Source: Candidatus Multivorans sp. (GTDB lineage: Bacteria > Acidobacteriota > Thermoanaerobaculia > Multivoradales > Multivoraceae). Taken from it: DNA of 64,000 bases. A program made the translations under genes and the position numbers. This document shows, in pieces, positions 18,296 through 28,583 of the stretch (positions are counted from its first letter, which is position 1; each line of letters opens with the position of its first letter). Below the pieces are notes generated by a model. The model was given only the letters and a program-made list of their open reading frames with translations, ran no database searches and had not been told where the DNA came from. The DNA is taken from NCBI GenBank assembly GCA_965224025.1, contig OZ245033.1, forward strand, positions 3,488,001 to 3,552,000, in the 5' to 3' direction.

Positions 18296-21200
18296 GCCAT
18301 CTTTCTCCGCGGAACGGCGACTGCCGCCCGCACAACCCGCTGGACGAAGAGCTTCACGTCATCGACCAGGGAATAGACCGTCGGAATCACAAGCAGGGTC
18401 AGGAAGGTCGAGGTGGTCAGCCCGCCGAGGATCACGAGACCCACCGGCGCCCAGAAGGCCGCCCGGCCCTCGGGCTGCCCGAACACCTCGGGCAGGAAGA
18501 ACGGCGCCACCATCGGCGACAGTCCCAGAATCGTCGTGACCGCGGTCATCAGGATCGGCCGTAACCGGTGCTTGCCGCCCAGAACGATCGCGTCGTAGCG
18601 GCTCAAGCCCTCCCTGCGCAGCCGGTTGATGTGGTCGATCAGGACGATGGCGTTGTTGACCACGATCCCGGCCAGGATCAGAAGCCCCATGTTCGACGAG
18701 TCGGATCTCGGTTGGCCGGCGATGTACATGATCAGGCCGACGCCGATGAAGGCGAAGGGAATCGACAGCATGATCGTGAAGGGTTGCAGGAAGTCCTCGA
18801 ACAGCGCCGCCATGATCATGTAGATCAGCACCACGGCCAGGATCATCGCCAGGACGGCGCGCGACGCGTCCTCCTCGGCCTCCATGAACCTCCTGCCGAG
18901 CGACCACTCGTAGCCCGGCGGCAGCGGCACGTCCGCGAGCGCCATCTGCACCGGCCGCCGCAGCATGAAGCCCTGGACGCCGCCCGCGGCCGTCGCGTCG
19001 ATCTCGACCTTGGCGCGGCGGTTTTCGCGCTCGACCTCGGACGGGCCGCTCTGGACCCTGAACGAGGCGAGGCTCGATATCGGCAGGGTGACTCCTCCGG
19101 ACTCCCCGTTCGGGTCCGACACGAGCACCGGCATCTTCCTCAACTGATCGAGCGTCTCGCGGTCCTCCTCCCGGTACTGCATGACCATGCCGATCTCACG
19201 CTCCGCGGTCTTGAAGTACGCCAGCGAGCGGCTTGACAGCGCACCGTTGACCGTCATCGCCACCGCCTGGCTCGACAGGCCGCCCTGGAGGGCCCGCTCG
19301 CGGTTCACCGACACCCGGATCTCGTCGTCGCCGCTCTCGAACGAGTTGTCGACATCGCCGACGATGGGAATCTGGTTCAGGCGTTGGGTGATCCGCGGCA
19401 CCAGGAGCTCGAGAACGCCCACATCGTCCCCGATCAGTTCCACTTCGATCCCGGATCTGCCGGAACCCGGCGGCCCATACTCGGTGCGGGCGAGCTTGAA
19501 CAGGACGCCGACCCGCTGCGGCATCGCCTCCCGGACGAGCTCGGTGACCTCGTCCGTGGAAAGCTCGGAAACCTCCTCCGGCTTGAGATAGACCTCGAAA
19601 CGGTTGCCGCCTCCGTGCCCCCGGCTCCGGCCGCCGCCCCGGCGCACCTGGTGGGCGATGTCGGCGATCTCCCACTCGTCTCGCCTGGAATCGAGCAGCG
19701 TGTAGACCTCGTCGTAGAGGGCCAGGCGCTCGTCCATTCCCATCTGTCGCGGCGTTTCGACGAAGACCGTCAACGCCCGCCCCTGGGACGGCTGGTTGAA
19801 GCTCCGTTCGATGCTGTTGTACAGCTCCCAGGAACCGTAGAGTAGCGCTCCGATCACCACGGTGAACACGAAGCGGTGGCGGAGGGTGAAGCCCAGCGTC
19901 GCTCCGTACCATTCGCTGACCCGGTCGAGCAGCTTGAACCGGCGCTTGGTCTCCGACTTGAGAAGGATCGCCGCGATCATCGGCACCACGGTCAGGGAGA
20001 TGACCAGGGACCCGAGCATCACGACGCATACCGTCGTGCCGATGTCGCCCATGAAGCGCGAGAAGCTGCCCGGCCCGCCGCCGCCGCTGCCGAAGAAGAT
20101 GAGCGGCACGAACACGCACATCGTGGTCATCGTCGAGCAGATGATCGGCATCGCCACGTCGCTGGCGCCGCACAGGGCGGCTTCCTTCGCGCTCGCGCCG
20201 AGTTCCTGGCGGTGACGGAAGATCGACTCGATGACCACGATCGAGTTGTCGAGCAGCATCCCGATCGCGAGCATCAGCCCCATCAGGCTCATCACGTTCA
20301 GCGTGATCTCGGTCACTCCGGCCTGCCGTCCGAGGTACATCATCACGAAGGTCATGACGAGGGACAGCGGCACCGCCAGGGCCACCAGCAGAGTGGTCCG
20401 GAACTTGCGCAGGAAGAGGAACATGAAGACGATCGCCAGGCCGCCGCCGATGAGCCCGCTGCGGCCCAGCTCGGTCAGCCCCTGTCGCACGTCGACCGAG
20501 GTGTCGTGGAAGTGACGGAACTCCAGGCCTTCGCCCTCGGGCGTCTGCCGGATGGCTTCCAGCTCGGCCTTCACCCGGTTCACGACCTCCAGGAGATTGG
20601 CCTCCGAGGCCTTGTTCACGCTAAGGCTGATCGATTCGGTCCCGTTCAGGAAGCTGTACTCGTACTTGTCCGGATAGCCGAACTTCACGTCGGCGACGTC
20701 GGCCACCCGCAGGCCGTCGCCGCGGATCGGCAGCCGCCGGATCTCGTCCGGCGTCCGGAACTCGCCGATGGTGCGGACCAGCAGCCGGCGGCTCCCCTCG
20801 CGCAGGTACCCGCCCGACACGTTCACGTGGTTGCTCTGCAGGACCTGGCGCAGCTCACGAATGTCCACGCCGTGGGCTGCCATCCGGTCGGGCAGCAGCT
20901 CGATCCGCAGTTCCCGGCTCAGCATGCCCCATACTTCCGCCTGCGCCACGCCCTCCAGCCGCTCGATTCGCGGCAGGAGCACGTCCTCGACGAAGTCGTT
21001 CAGCTCGTCCTGCGTCCACGAAGCGCTGAGACTGCTGCGGAGGACCGGAATGTCCGTGCTCTCGAAGCGGCGGACGTAGATCTGCTCCACATCGCTAGGC
21101 AGTTCATTGCGCACCCGGTCGATCCGGTCGCGTACGTCGACGGCCGCCAGCTCCATGTCGGTCCCGTCCTGGAACTCGATATCGACCGAGGCCGAGTTGC

Positions 21201-21564
21201 CGCTGGCCCGCGAGCGAAGCAGCCGGACGCCGTTGATCGTTCCCAGGCTGTCCTCGAGGGGCCAGATGATCGACCGCGCGATCTCCTCCGGAGAGGACGA
21301 CTGGTAAGGCACCCGGACCGAGATGTTGGACGACTGGAACAGCGGCAGGAACTCCAGCGGCAGGCGCGTGAGAGACAACCAGCCGAGCACCAGGACGCCC
21401 AGCGTCGCCATGAACATCGTCACCTTGCGCTCGACCGCGAAGCGAATGAGCGGGTGGACGTGGCGGTGCGCCTCGGGCTCCGGCGAAGACGACTTCTGCC
21501 GCTCCGGATCCTGGGACGAACCGGTCTGCGCGTCCACGTGTTTCTCCGTTGTCATCAGCGGCAC
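18292..21564 (-). CDS. RND efflux permease (AcrB/AcrD/AcrF family), second paralog
   Basis: TLNVMSLMG, LLDNSIVVIE, GIVVNNAI, RLRPILMT. Confidence 0.95.
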   Translation of the reverse strand: MPLMTTEKHVDAQTGSSQDPERQKSSSPEPEAHRHVHPLIRFAVERKVTMFMATLGVLVLGWLSLTRLPLEFLPLFQSSNISVRVPYQSSSPEEIARSIIWPLEDSLGTINGVRLLRSRASGNSASVDIEFQDGTDMELAAVDVRDRIDRVRNELPSDVEQIYVRRFESTDIPVLRSSLSASWTQDELNDFVEDVLLPRIERLEGVAQAEVWGMLSRELRIELLPDRMAAHGVDIRELRQVLQSNHVNVSGGYLREGSRRLLVRTIGEFRTPDEIRRLPIRGDGLRVADVADVKFGYPDKYEYSFLNGTESISLSVNKASEANLLEVVNRVKAELEAIRQTPEGEGLEFRHFHDTSVDVRQGLTELGRSGLIGGGLAIVFMFLFLRKFRTTLLVALAVPLSLVMTFVMMYLGRQAGVTEITLNVMSLMGLMLAIGMLLDNSIVVIESIFRHRQELGASAKEAALCGASDVAMPIICSTMTTMCVFVPLIFFGSGGGGPGSFSRFMGDIGTTVCVVMLGSLVISLTVVPMIAAILLKSETKRRFKLLDRVSEWYGATLGFTLRHRFVFTVVIGALLYGSWELYNSIERSFNQPSQGRALTVFVETPRQMGMDERLALYDEVYTLLDSRRDEWEIADIAHQVRRGGGRSRGHGGGNRFEVYLKPEEVSELSTDEVTELVREAMPQRVGVLFKLARTEYGPPGSGRSGIEVELIGDDVGVLELLVPRITQRLNQIPIVGDVDNSFESGDDEIRVSVNRERALQGGLSSQAVAMTVNGALSSRSLAYFKTAEREIGMVMQYREEDRETLDQLRKMPVLVSDPNGESGGVTLPISSLASFRVQSGPSEVERENRRAKVEIDATAAGGVQGFMLRRPVQMALADVPLPPGYEWSLGRRFMEAEEDASRAVLAMILAVVLIYMIMAALFEDFLQPFTIMLSIPFAFIGVGLIMYIAGQPRSDSSNMGLLILAGIVVNNAIVLIDHINRLRREGLSRYDAIVLGGKHRLRPILMTAVTTILGLSPMVAPFFLPEVFGQPEGRAAFWAPVGLVILGGLTTSTFLTLLVIPTVYSLVDDVKLFVQRVVRAAVAVPRRKMA

Positions 21565-22121
21565 TCTCCCGAGTCACGGTGATCGCCGTCGTTCCGACCC
21601 CGGTGGCGCCGGCCCCGTTCCGTCAACTCGAGCCGCATCTCGTCGAAATGAACAGCCTGATCGGGGCTGAGCAACTCGCTCACCTGCCTGTGGAACTCCC
21701 GCTGCATGGAGCAGAACTCGTCGCGCGCGCCGCTCCAGTACCGGTGCCCACTCAACATCGCCTGTTCGACGATCGGTTCAAGCGCTTCGACCTGCTCAGG
21801 TTCGAGTTCCAACTGCCGCGCCATGCGGCGGGTCATCTTCGACCGGTGTTCGCGGGACGCATCGGAGCGCGCGGCCTCCGCATGTGCCTCCGAATCGCCG
21901 TTGTCGGTCGTGGCGGCCCGACTTTCTTCCGCGCCGCGACAATCGAAGTGGAACATCGTTGTGTGTGCGCCTCGGGTCTTCGCGTGGGCCGCCGCCTCGA
22001 CATCAGCGGCCTGACGCTCCGCCAGGAGCCGGTCTACCAGCAGGCCGGCGCTCAGGCCCACGACCAGCACCGAGCCCAGAGCCAGCCCCATCCACAGTCT
22101 CGTGGGTCCGTTCGCCATCAC
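21555..22121 (-). CDS. Membrane-anchored periplasmic helical protein (Spy/CpxP/heavy-metal-sensor-like)
   Basis: N-terminal TM segment; MARQLELEPEQ and LLSPDQAVHFDEM (LTxEQ-type motifs); overlaps neighbouring genes. Confidence 0.6.
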   Translation of the reverse strand: MMANGPTRLWMGLALGSVLVVGLSAGLLVDRLLAERQAADVEAAAHAKTRGAHTTMFHFDCRGAEESRAATTDNGDSEAHAEAARSDASREHRSKMTRRMARQLELEPEQVEALEPIVEQAMLSGHRYWSGARDEFCSMQREFHRQVSELLSPDQAVHFDEMRLELTERGRRHRGRNDGDHRDSGECR

Positions 22122-22540
22122 CGTGTCCCCAGCGGATCGTAGAGCACGGCCACGAGTTCATAGCCGGCCTCGCCGTCGCTGATTCCCACGGTTGCCACGC
22201 CGGCCTCTTCCAGCCCGGCCGCGAAGGGATCCGGATACTCAACGAGGTCAGGCTCCTCAACCGCGGCTTCCGGCGCGGTTGAAGAAATCCCCGTGCCCAG
22301 CGTCATGGCCATCGCGACAATGGCCGCCAGTGCTCCGGCCGGCGCGAGGCGCAGGGCCAGCAACCGCCATGGCGCGGCCTGATCGTTCCGCTCGAGCCAG
22401 GTGTCGCGGCGAGCGCGAAAGCCCGCCAGAAAGCCCGGAGCCGCCGGCGGCCTCGCGCACTTTTGCCGCAGTCCTTCGAACAAGGAGTCCAGGTTCGTAC
22501 CGGACTCGACCGGTCGTCCTGCTCGCTCAACCTTCCTCAT
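22118..22540 (-). CDS. Putative anti-sigma factor (single TM)
   Basis: Overlaps the ECF sigma stop codon; PAAPGFLAGFRAR followed by a TM helix. Confidence 0.6.
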   Translation of the reverse strand: MRKVERAGRPVESGTNLDSLFEGLRQKCARPPAAPGFLAGFRARRDTWLERNDQAAPWRLLALRLAPAGALAAIVAMAMTLGTGISSTAPEAAVEEPDLVEYPDPFAAGLEEAGVATVGISDGEAGYELVAVLYDPLGTR

Positions 22541-23214
22541 CGTCTACCTCCTCCCGCCTTGGAGCCCGCTTCGCCGATCAAACGCCGCAAACTGCGCCGG
22601 CCCCGATGGACCCTGATCTGCACGGTTCCGATCGGACAGTCCAGGAGCTCCGCGATCTCCACGTACTTCATCCCCACCACATCCTTCAACACCACTGCTG
22701 AACGCTGCGCCTTCGGCAACCTGGCCAGCCCGCGAACGATGCTACGCCGCAGCAGCCGCGCCTCGACCGCCGACTCGGCGCCGACCGCCGGCAGTTCGGC
22801 GAGAGCTTCGTCCCCCACGTTGCGGTCCAGCCGCCGTCCCCAGCGCGACCTGCGGCGCAACTCGTCGTGCGCCCGGTTGATCGCGATCCGGTAGAGCCAG
22901 CTCTTGAAGGCCGCGTGCTCGTCGAGACGGTCGAGCTTTCTGAAGGCCAGCAGAAAGGCGTCCTGGGCCACGTCCTCCGCGGTCTCCCAGTCCAGCACGT
23001 ATCCGTAGACCAGCTTGCGCAGCGGTACCTCGTAACGCACGACGAGGTTCTCGAACGCCTCCTGATCGCCGGCCGCGGTGCGCCGAACGAGTTCACCGTC
23101 TTCGGGGCCATCGGCTCGTCCACCGGCCGGTTCCCGGCCACGCGGTTTCTGTGCTGGCAAGTCATCGTCCTCTGGTTGCAGGGACGACCCGCCTCCGGTC
23201 CTTGTTTCGTTCAT
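22537..23214 (-). CDS. ECF RNA polymerase sigma factor
   Basis: GDQEAFENLV, AEDVAQDAF, FKSWLYRIAIN, YVEIAELLDCPIGTVQIRVHRGR. The true start may be TTG at 23160. Confidence 0.95.
   Translation of the reverse strand: MNETRTGGGSSLQPEDDDLPAQKPRGREPAGGRADGPEDGELVRRTAAGDQEAFENLVVRYEVPLRKLVYGYVLDWETAEDVAQDAFLLAFRKLDRLDEHAAFKSWLYRIAINRAHDELRRRSRWGRRLDRNVGDEALAELPAVGAESAVEARLLRRSIVRGLARLPKAQRSAVVLKDVVGMKYVEIAELLDCPIGTVQIRVHRGRRSLRRLIGEAGSKAGGGRR
23183..23208 (-). promoter_or_regulatory. Putative ECF-type autoregulatory promoter GAAAC-N17-CGTC
   Basis: GAAAC at 23208-23204 and CGTC at 23186-23183, followed by GAGG and an in-frame TTG at 23160. Confidence 0.45.
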
Positions 23215-23218
23215 CGGG

Positions 23219-24667
23219 TTACCGGCGGTTCGGCTGGCGCACGGTCGGGGCGTTCCGCGTCTCCGGCAGTTCCCCGGCGGACTCCCGCCGCAGCATCCGG
23301 TCGAGGTAGCGCAGGCCCTCGCTCCTGGCCTCGAAGTCGCCGTTCAACTGGGCCTGGTAGCAGCGATCGACCATGGCGCCGATCGCCGGTCCCGGCGCCA
23401 TGCCGCGATCGATGAGGTCCCGACCGCGGACCATCGGCTCCGGCGCCTGGTCCCGGATCCGCAGCGCCTTCGCGCGCGCCAGCAGCCAGTCGCAGTCGCG
23501 GCACTCGTCAGGCTGGAGCGGGGGCCGTCCGAGAGCGTCCGCCCGGGCCACCCGCACGAGCCGGTCGATCCGCTTGACCCGGTGGGCAAGACGGCGGACG
23601 GCGGCATCGCCCGCACCGCCCTGGTAGAGCTGGCGCGGTTTCAGGTGATCGACGACCAGGCGCACCACATCCTCGACCAGGCGAGGCCGCCTCGTCAGCC
23701 GCGCGAGGAACGCGCGGGTCGGCCCCTCGCCCGCGGCCTCGTGTCCGCGCGACCGCACCCGACCGTCGACGAACCGGGTGGTCGCCGGTTTTCCCAGGTC
23801 GTGGCAGAGGCAGGCGAGTCCCACCACCAGGTCCTCCTCCTCGTCACCCAGGCGGTCCCGGGCGAAGGCGTCGAGGACATGTCCGGTATGAGTCCAGACA
23901 TCGCCTTCAGGGTGCCACTCCGGGTCCTGCTCGCAGCCAACCAGGGCCTCCAGTTCAGGGTAGGACGGCAGCCACCCCACCGTCCGCAGGAACCGGAGTC
24001 CGCGTCCGATCTCGACGCCCCCAAGGAGCATTTTGCGCCACTCCTCGAACACCCGCTCGATGCTCAGGTCGCTCCAGTCGATCCCGGAGCAGAGAGCTTC
24101 GGTCTCCGGATCGGGCTCGAGTTCAAGGCGGGCGATGAACTGCATGCCGCGCAGCACCCGCAGCGGGTCCTCCGCGAAGCGGTGCGAGGCATGGCGGAGC
24201 CGCCGACGCTCCAGGTCCGCCCGTCCGTTCAGAGGGTCATCGATCCGGCCGGTCAGGGGGTCGTACGAGATCGCGTTGATCGTGAAGTCCCGGCGTCCGG
24301 CCGCGGCCTCCACGCTCATGTCCGGATCCGCGTCGACGACGAAGTCCCGGTGACGCTTCCCCACCTTCCGTTCCCGCCGCGGCAGGGCGATGTCGATCGG
24401 GAGACCTCGCAGCTTGGCGACGGAGAACGCCCGCCCGACCTGGTCGACCTGCAGGCCGAGTCCGCTCAGCAGGCGGTGCAGGGCCTCGGGCCCGAGCTCG
24501 AACGCCTCCAGGTCGAACTCGCGAAACTCGCGGCCGAGCAGCGCGTCCCGAACGCAGCCTCCGACCAGGCGCATGGCGCCGCCTCCCGCCGCCGCGGCCC
24601 GGCAGATGTCCAGCACCCTCGGCCAGGCCGGATTTCGCTCGAAGCCTGAACCAGGATCCCGAACCAC
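23219..24667 (-). CDS. cca: CCA tRNA nucleotidyltransferase / poly(A) polymerase family with HD domain
   Basis: LVGGCVRDALLG, RRDFTINA, FAEDPLRVLR, HPEGDVWTHT, CHDLGK. Confidence 0.88.
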   Translation of the reverse strand: MVRDPGSGFERNPAWPRVLDICRAAAAGGGAMRLVGGCVRDALLGREFREFDLEAFELGPEALHRLLSGLGLQVDQVGRAFSVAKLRGLPIDIALPRRERKVGKRHRDFVVDADPDMSVEAAAGRRDFTINAISYDPLTGRIDDPLNGRADLERRRLRHASHRFAEDPLRVLRGMQFIARLELEPDPETEALCSGIDWSDLSIERVFEEWRKMLLGGVEIGRGLRFLRTVGWLPSYPELEALVGCEQDPEWHPEGDVWTHTGHVLDAFARDRLGDEEEDLVVGLACLCHDLGKPATTRFVDGRVRSRGHEAAGEGPTRAFLARLTRRPRLVEDVVRLVVDHLKPRQLYQGGAGDAAVRRLAHRVKRIDRLVRVARADALGRPPLQPDECRDCDWLLARAKALRIRDQAPEPMVRGRDLIDRGMAPGPAIGAMVDRCYQAQLNGDFEARSEGLRYLDRMLRRESAGELPETRNAPTVRQPNRR

Positions 24668-24768
24668 GGCTCTGTTATTCTATTGCCCGCTTGCGGCGGC
24701 AATGCAGCGCGACTGTTACCACGGACTGCTGAGTCCGCCACTAGTCTGAGCGGCCGAAGGAGAACACC

Positions 24769-25836
24769 ATGAAGTCGATTCGCGAATCGTGGACCGCAAG
24801 GCTGACGGCGCGGCGTGCGATCGCGCCAGCGGCGCTGATTGCCGGTCTTTCCCTGGTTGTGGCTGGGCCCGTGGCGGCGCAGCTACCAGGCACCGTGTAT
24901 GGGCAGATTTTCGACGCCAACACCGGCGAGACTCTCGAAGGCGTCCAGATCATCTTCACCGACCCGGAAGCGCCGAACTTCCGGGAAGAACACAACTCGG
25001 GAAAGAACGGTCGCTTCCGGATCATGCTCAAGAACGTCGTCAAGCACGAACGGTCGGGATTCAGTGTCGAGCTGAAGAAGGAAGGCTACGTCACCCGGCG
25101 CGTCGGCAACGTGCGGATTCCCGCCCGCCAGGAGACCAGACTCAGCCAGCTCTCGGGAGGTGGGGACTGGAACCTCACTTCCATCGAGGACGCGCAGCAG
25201 GCCCAGGCGGCCCTGGGCGGCGATCTCGGAGCAGCGCCGGAAATCGATCTCGAAGCCCAGGCGCGCGGCAACGCGGTCAAGCTCTACAACCAGGGCAGCA
25301 ACGCCTTCAACTCGGGTGACTACGACACGGCCGAACTCTTGTTCACCAACGCACTCGAAAAGAAGGCCGATCTGGTGTCTGCCATGGGTGGGCTGGCGAA
25401 AGTCCATTCATATCGTGGCGACCACGTACGGGCGGTGGAGTACGCAGAGCAGGTCGCGGCCGAAGGCGAGGATCTGGAGAACATGCACCAGATCCTCTAC
25501 GCCGGCTATAACGCTCTGGGCATGGAGGACAAGGCCGAAGCCGCGCTCAAGGCCCTCCAGGCCGCGGACCCGGAGAAGGCGACGAAGAACGTCTACAACG
25601 AGGCCGCGGACCTCTACAACGCCGGTAACATCGCGGAGGCCAGGGTAAGGCTGGAGGAGGTGGTCGCGTCGAACCCGAATCACCCCGAAGCGCTCAGCAT
25701 GCTCGGCCTGTGCTACGCTGCCCTCTCGGAGAACGACAAAGCGCTGGAGACCTTCGAGAAGTTCCTGAGCGTGGCGCCCGACCATCCCGAGGCGGCTACC
25801 GCCCACGCCATGGTCGACTACTTCAAGTCGCTGTAG
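24769..25836 (+). CDS. Secreted TPR protein with an N-terminal carboxypeptidase-regulatory-like domain
   Basis: Signal peptide, GTVYGQIFDANTGETLEGVQI, several TPR helical repeats; AAGGAG RBS. Confidence 0.85.
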   Translation: MKSIRESWTARLTARRAIAPAALIAGLSLVVAGPVAAQLPGTVYGQIFDANTGETLEGVQIIFTDPEAPNFREEHNSGKNGRFRIMLKNVVKHERSGFSVELKKEGYVTRRVGNVRIPARQETRLSQLSGGGDWNLTSIEDAQQAQAALGGDLGAAPEIDLEAQARGNAVKLYNQGSNAFNSGDYDTAELLFTNALEKKADLVSAMGGLAKVHSYRGDHVRAVEYAEQVAAEGEDLENMHQILYAGYNALGMEDKAEAALKALQAADPEKATKNVYNEAADLYNAGNIAEARVRLEEVVASNPNHPEALSMLGLCYAALSENDKALETFEKFLSVAPDHPEAATAHAMVDYFKSL

Positions 25837-25839
25837 CCG

Positions 25840-28332
25840 TTGCAAATTAGGCCGCTCGCGGCTGTCCTGTCCGCGGGCCTGCTGCTACCCGTCCTTCCCG
25901 CCGGGGGCCAGGACGATCTTGATCTTACGCGGATCATGGCCCACCCGGACTGGCTCGGGCGCCAGCCGGAGGGGCCGTACTGGAGCAGTGACAGCGGCAG
26001 CGTGTACTTCCTGCGCAAGCGGGAGGGTGAAGAGACCCGCGATCTGTACCGGGTCGAGCTCGAGAGCCGACAGACGAGTCTCGTCGCCGACGGCGACCGA
26101 GGCGCGGCGGAAACGCCCGGCGGCGAATGGGACCGCGAACGACAGCGCCGCGCCTTCGCCAAAGCGGGCGACATCTTCGTGCGCGATCTGGGCGCGGACG
26201 GCGGCCTGACCCAGATCACCCGTACCGCCGCGGATGAGAGCGCTCCCTTCTTCACCGTCGCCGGAGATGTCGCGTTTCGTCGCGCCGGCGTCTGGCTCGT
26301 GCGCGATGGGGACTCGGGCCTGGTGTGGCAACCGTTCGATGTTCGCGCTGAGGAGGATCCCGACGCCGCCCGCGCGAAGAAGGACCTGGAGGCCGGCTAC
26401 CTGGAGCGCCAGCAGCCGCGCCTGCTCGAGATCGTCCGGCTGCGGCGAGAGCGCGACGAACGGCGGACCGAGGTGTCCAGGGAACGCCAGGCCGCCGACT
26501 CGAGCCGGACGGCCCTGCCCCACTACGTCGGCAAGGACGTCGAGGCCGCGGGCGCCTATCTCTCGCCGGCGCTGAACTACCTGGTCCTGCGGCAGCGACC
26601 CAGCCAGCGGGACGAGGGACGCAGGGACAAGATGCCGAACTACGTGACCCGCAGCGGTCTGGTCGAGCTCGACGAAGTCCGCATGAAGGTCGGCACCGCC
26701 GAGCCGACCGGTGAGTCCCTGGTGCTGCTTCGTCGGGGCGACCCGGAGCCGATCGCCCTGGATCTCTCGGCCCTGCCAGGCATCGCCGACGACCCGTTGG
26801 CGGCGCTGCGCGAGGCGGCTCAGGGGCGGAAGCGTCAGCGCGAGGCCGCGGCGGAGCAGGAGGAGGCCGGCGACCCTGTGGGCGGCCCAGCGGGTGACGC
26901 AGAGGCCGACGACAGCGGACAAAGTGGCGACGAGGCTGAGCCAGAACCGCGCACTGTGCGCTTCGGCCCCGTGTCATTCAACCGCAACGGCGCCCGGGCC
27001 GTCCTCCAGGCCTTCTCCACCGACAACAAGGACCGCTGGATCGCGGCGATCGACCTGGAGCAGGGCGCACTCCGCCCGCTTCACCGGATCACCGATCCGG
27101 CCTGGATCAACTACGCCTCCCGCGACGTCGGCTGGATGCCGGACGACAAGACGATCTACTTCTTGTCGGAAGAGACCGGCTACTCCCACCTGACCCTCAT
27201 GGACAGCGCGACCGGCGAGCGAGCTCAGTTGACCGGGGGCCCGTTCGTCGTTCGCTCGCCCCGGGTGGCAGCGGATGGAGAGTTTCTCTACTTTGAGGCG
27301 AACCGCGGCCACCCCGGCGTCTTCGAGGTGTATCGAGCGGCCACGTCCAGGGCCAACGCCGGCGAGATCGAACAGATCACGAACCTCGGCGGCCTGAACT
27401 CCTTCCGGCTCTCGCCCGACGACGGCCAGCTCCTGATCGTCCATTCCACCGCCACCCGGCCACCGGAACTCTGGCGCCAGGAAGCCGCTCCGGGGAGCGA
27501 CGCCATCCGCCTGACCGACACCGTGTCGCCTGAGTTCCTGGGCGTCGACTGGGCGGCGCCGCGGTTCGTCGAAGTTCCGTCAACCCACGTGGACCGCCCG
27601 ATCCACGCCCGGCTCTACCTGCCCTCCGAACCCGCCGGCGGCGCTCGCCCCGCCGTCGTCTTCGTGCACGGCGCGGGCTACCTGCAGAACGCCCACCAGG
27701 GCTGGTCCTCCTACTTCCGCGAGTTCATGTTCCATACCCTGCTCACCCGCCGCGGCTACGTAGTCCTGGACATGGACTACCGCGCCTCCGCCGGCTACGG
27801 GCGGGACTGGCGCACGGCGATCTACCGGCAGATGGGAACGCCGGAGCTCGAGGATCTGGCCGACGGCATCGACTACCTGGTCGCCGAGCACGGAGTCGAC
27901 CGGCAGCGGATCGGCGTCTACGGCGGCTCCTACGGCGGCTTCGTGACCTTCATGGCCATGTTCCGCCGCCCCGAACTGTTCGCCGCCGGCGCCGCGCTGC
28001 GTCCGGTCACGGACTGGGCTCACTACAACCACGGCTATACGTCGAACATCCTGAACACCCCGGAACTCGACCCGGAGGCCTACGAGCGCAGTTCGCCGAT
28101 CGAGTTCGCCGAGGGCCTCGAGAAGCCGCTCCTGATCTGCACCGGCATGTTGGACGACAACGTTCTCTTCCAGGACTCCGTCCGTCTCGTCCAACGCCTG
28201 ATCGAGCTCGGCAAGGAAGACTGGGAACTTGCCGTCTACCCGGCAGAGGCCCACGGCTTCGTCGAACCGTCGAGCTGGCTCGACGAGTACCGCCGCGTCC
28301 TCAAGCTGTTCGAGACGCACCTGCGGCGCTGA
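25840..28332 (+). CDS. S9 family (prolyl oligopeptidase / DPP IV-like) peptidase, secreted
   Basis: Nucleophile GGSYGG, DDNV (Asp), EAHGF (His); N-terminal beta-propeller; signal peptide. Confidence 0.93.
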   Translation: MQIRPLAAVLSAGLLLPVLPAGGQDDLDLTRIMAHPDWLGRQPEGPYWSSDSGSVYFLRKREGEETRDLYRVELESRQTSLVADGDRGAAETPGGEWDRERQRRAFAKAGDIFVRDLGADGGLTQITRTAADESAPFFTVAGDVAFRRAGVWLVRDGDSGLVWQPFDVRAEEDPDAARAKKDLEAGYLERQQPRLLEIVRLRRERDERRTEVSRERQAADSSRTALPHYVGKDVEAAGAYLSPALNYLVLRQRPSQRDEGRRDKMPNYVTRSGLVELDEVRMKVGTAEPTGESLVLLRRGDPEPIALDLSALPGIADDPLAALREAAQGRKRQREAAAEQEEAGDPVGGPAGDAEADDSGQSGDEAEPEPRTVRFGPVSFNRNGARAVLQAFSTDNKDRWIAAIDLEQGALRPLHRITDPAWINYASRDVGWMPDDKTIYFLSEETGYSHLTLMDSATGERAQLTGGPFVVRSPRVAADGEFLYFEANRGHPGVFEVYRAATSRANAGEIEQITNLGGLNSFRLSPDDGQLLIVHSTATRPPELWRQEAAPGSDAIRLTDTVSPEFLGVDWAAPRFVEVPSTHVDRPIHARLYLPSEPAGGARPAVVFVHGAGYLQNAHQGWSSYFREFMFHTLLTRRGYVVLDMDYRASAGYGRDWRTAIYRQMGTPELEDLADGIDYLVAEHGVDRQRIGVYGGSYGGFVTFMAMFRRPELFAAGAALRPVTDWAHYNHGYTSNILNTPELDPEAYERSSPIEFAEGLEKPLLICTGMLDDNVLFQDSVRLVQRLIELGKEDWELAVYPAEAHGFVEPSSWLDEYRRVLKLFETHLRR

Positions 28333-28431
28333 CGCCGAAGAACCCGGCCCGAAGGCCTGGGCACCCATGAATGCAGGCCCCCGGCGTCTGGAGTAAGGGA
28401 GCTCGGCCTTTGGCCTCGCGCGTTCTTCCGG

Positions 28432-28453
28432 AAGCCGGCCTCCGGCCGGCTTT
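28432..28453 (+). terminator. GC hairpin with T tail after the S9 peptidase
   Basis: AAGCCGGCC-TCC-GGCCGGCTTT. Confidence 0.5.
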
Positions 28454-28472
28454 CAGAGAAACACCGCGCCGC

Positions 28473-28583
28473 CTTGCATGGAACACGCCCTGTTTCCTTT
28501 GCGTCAGCGCGGCGCGGACGCCGCGACTCGACTTGCATGGAACAACCCTGTTTCCTTCGCGTCAGCGCGGCGCGGACGCCGCG
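28473..28583. repeat. Two ~53-bp tandem direct repeats, each with a CGCGGCG-CGGA-CGCCGCG hairpin (REP-like)
   Basis: cttgcatggaaca..ccctgtttcctt.gcgtcagcgcggcgcggacgccgcg at 28473-28525 and 28532-28583. Confidence 0.85.

Noticed and set aside
19876-21582. 568-aa plus-strand ORF (likewise 23078..24649, 35983..37992, 53597..55234)
   Set aside because: Antisense shadows of well-supported minus-strand genes.
28473-28583. Possible CRISPR array
   Set aside because: Only two ~53-bp units with a 6-bp gap, no unique spacers and no cas genes.
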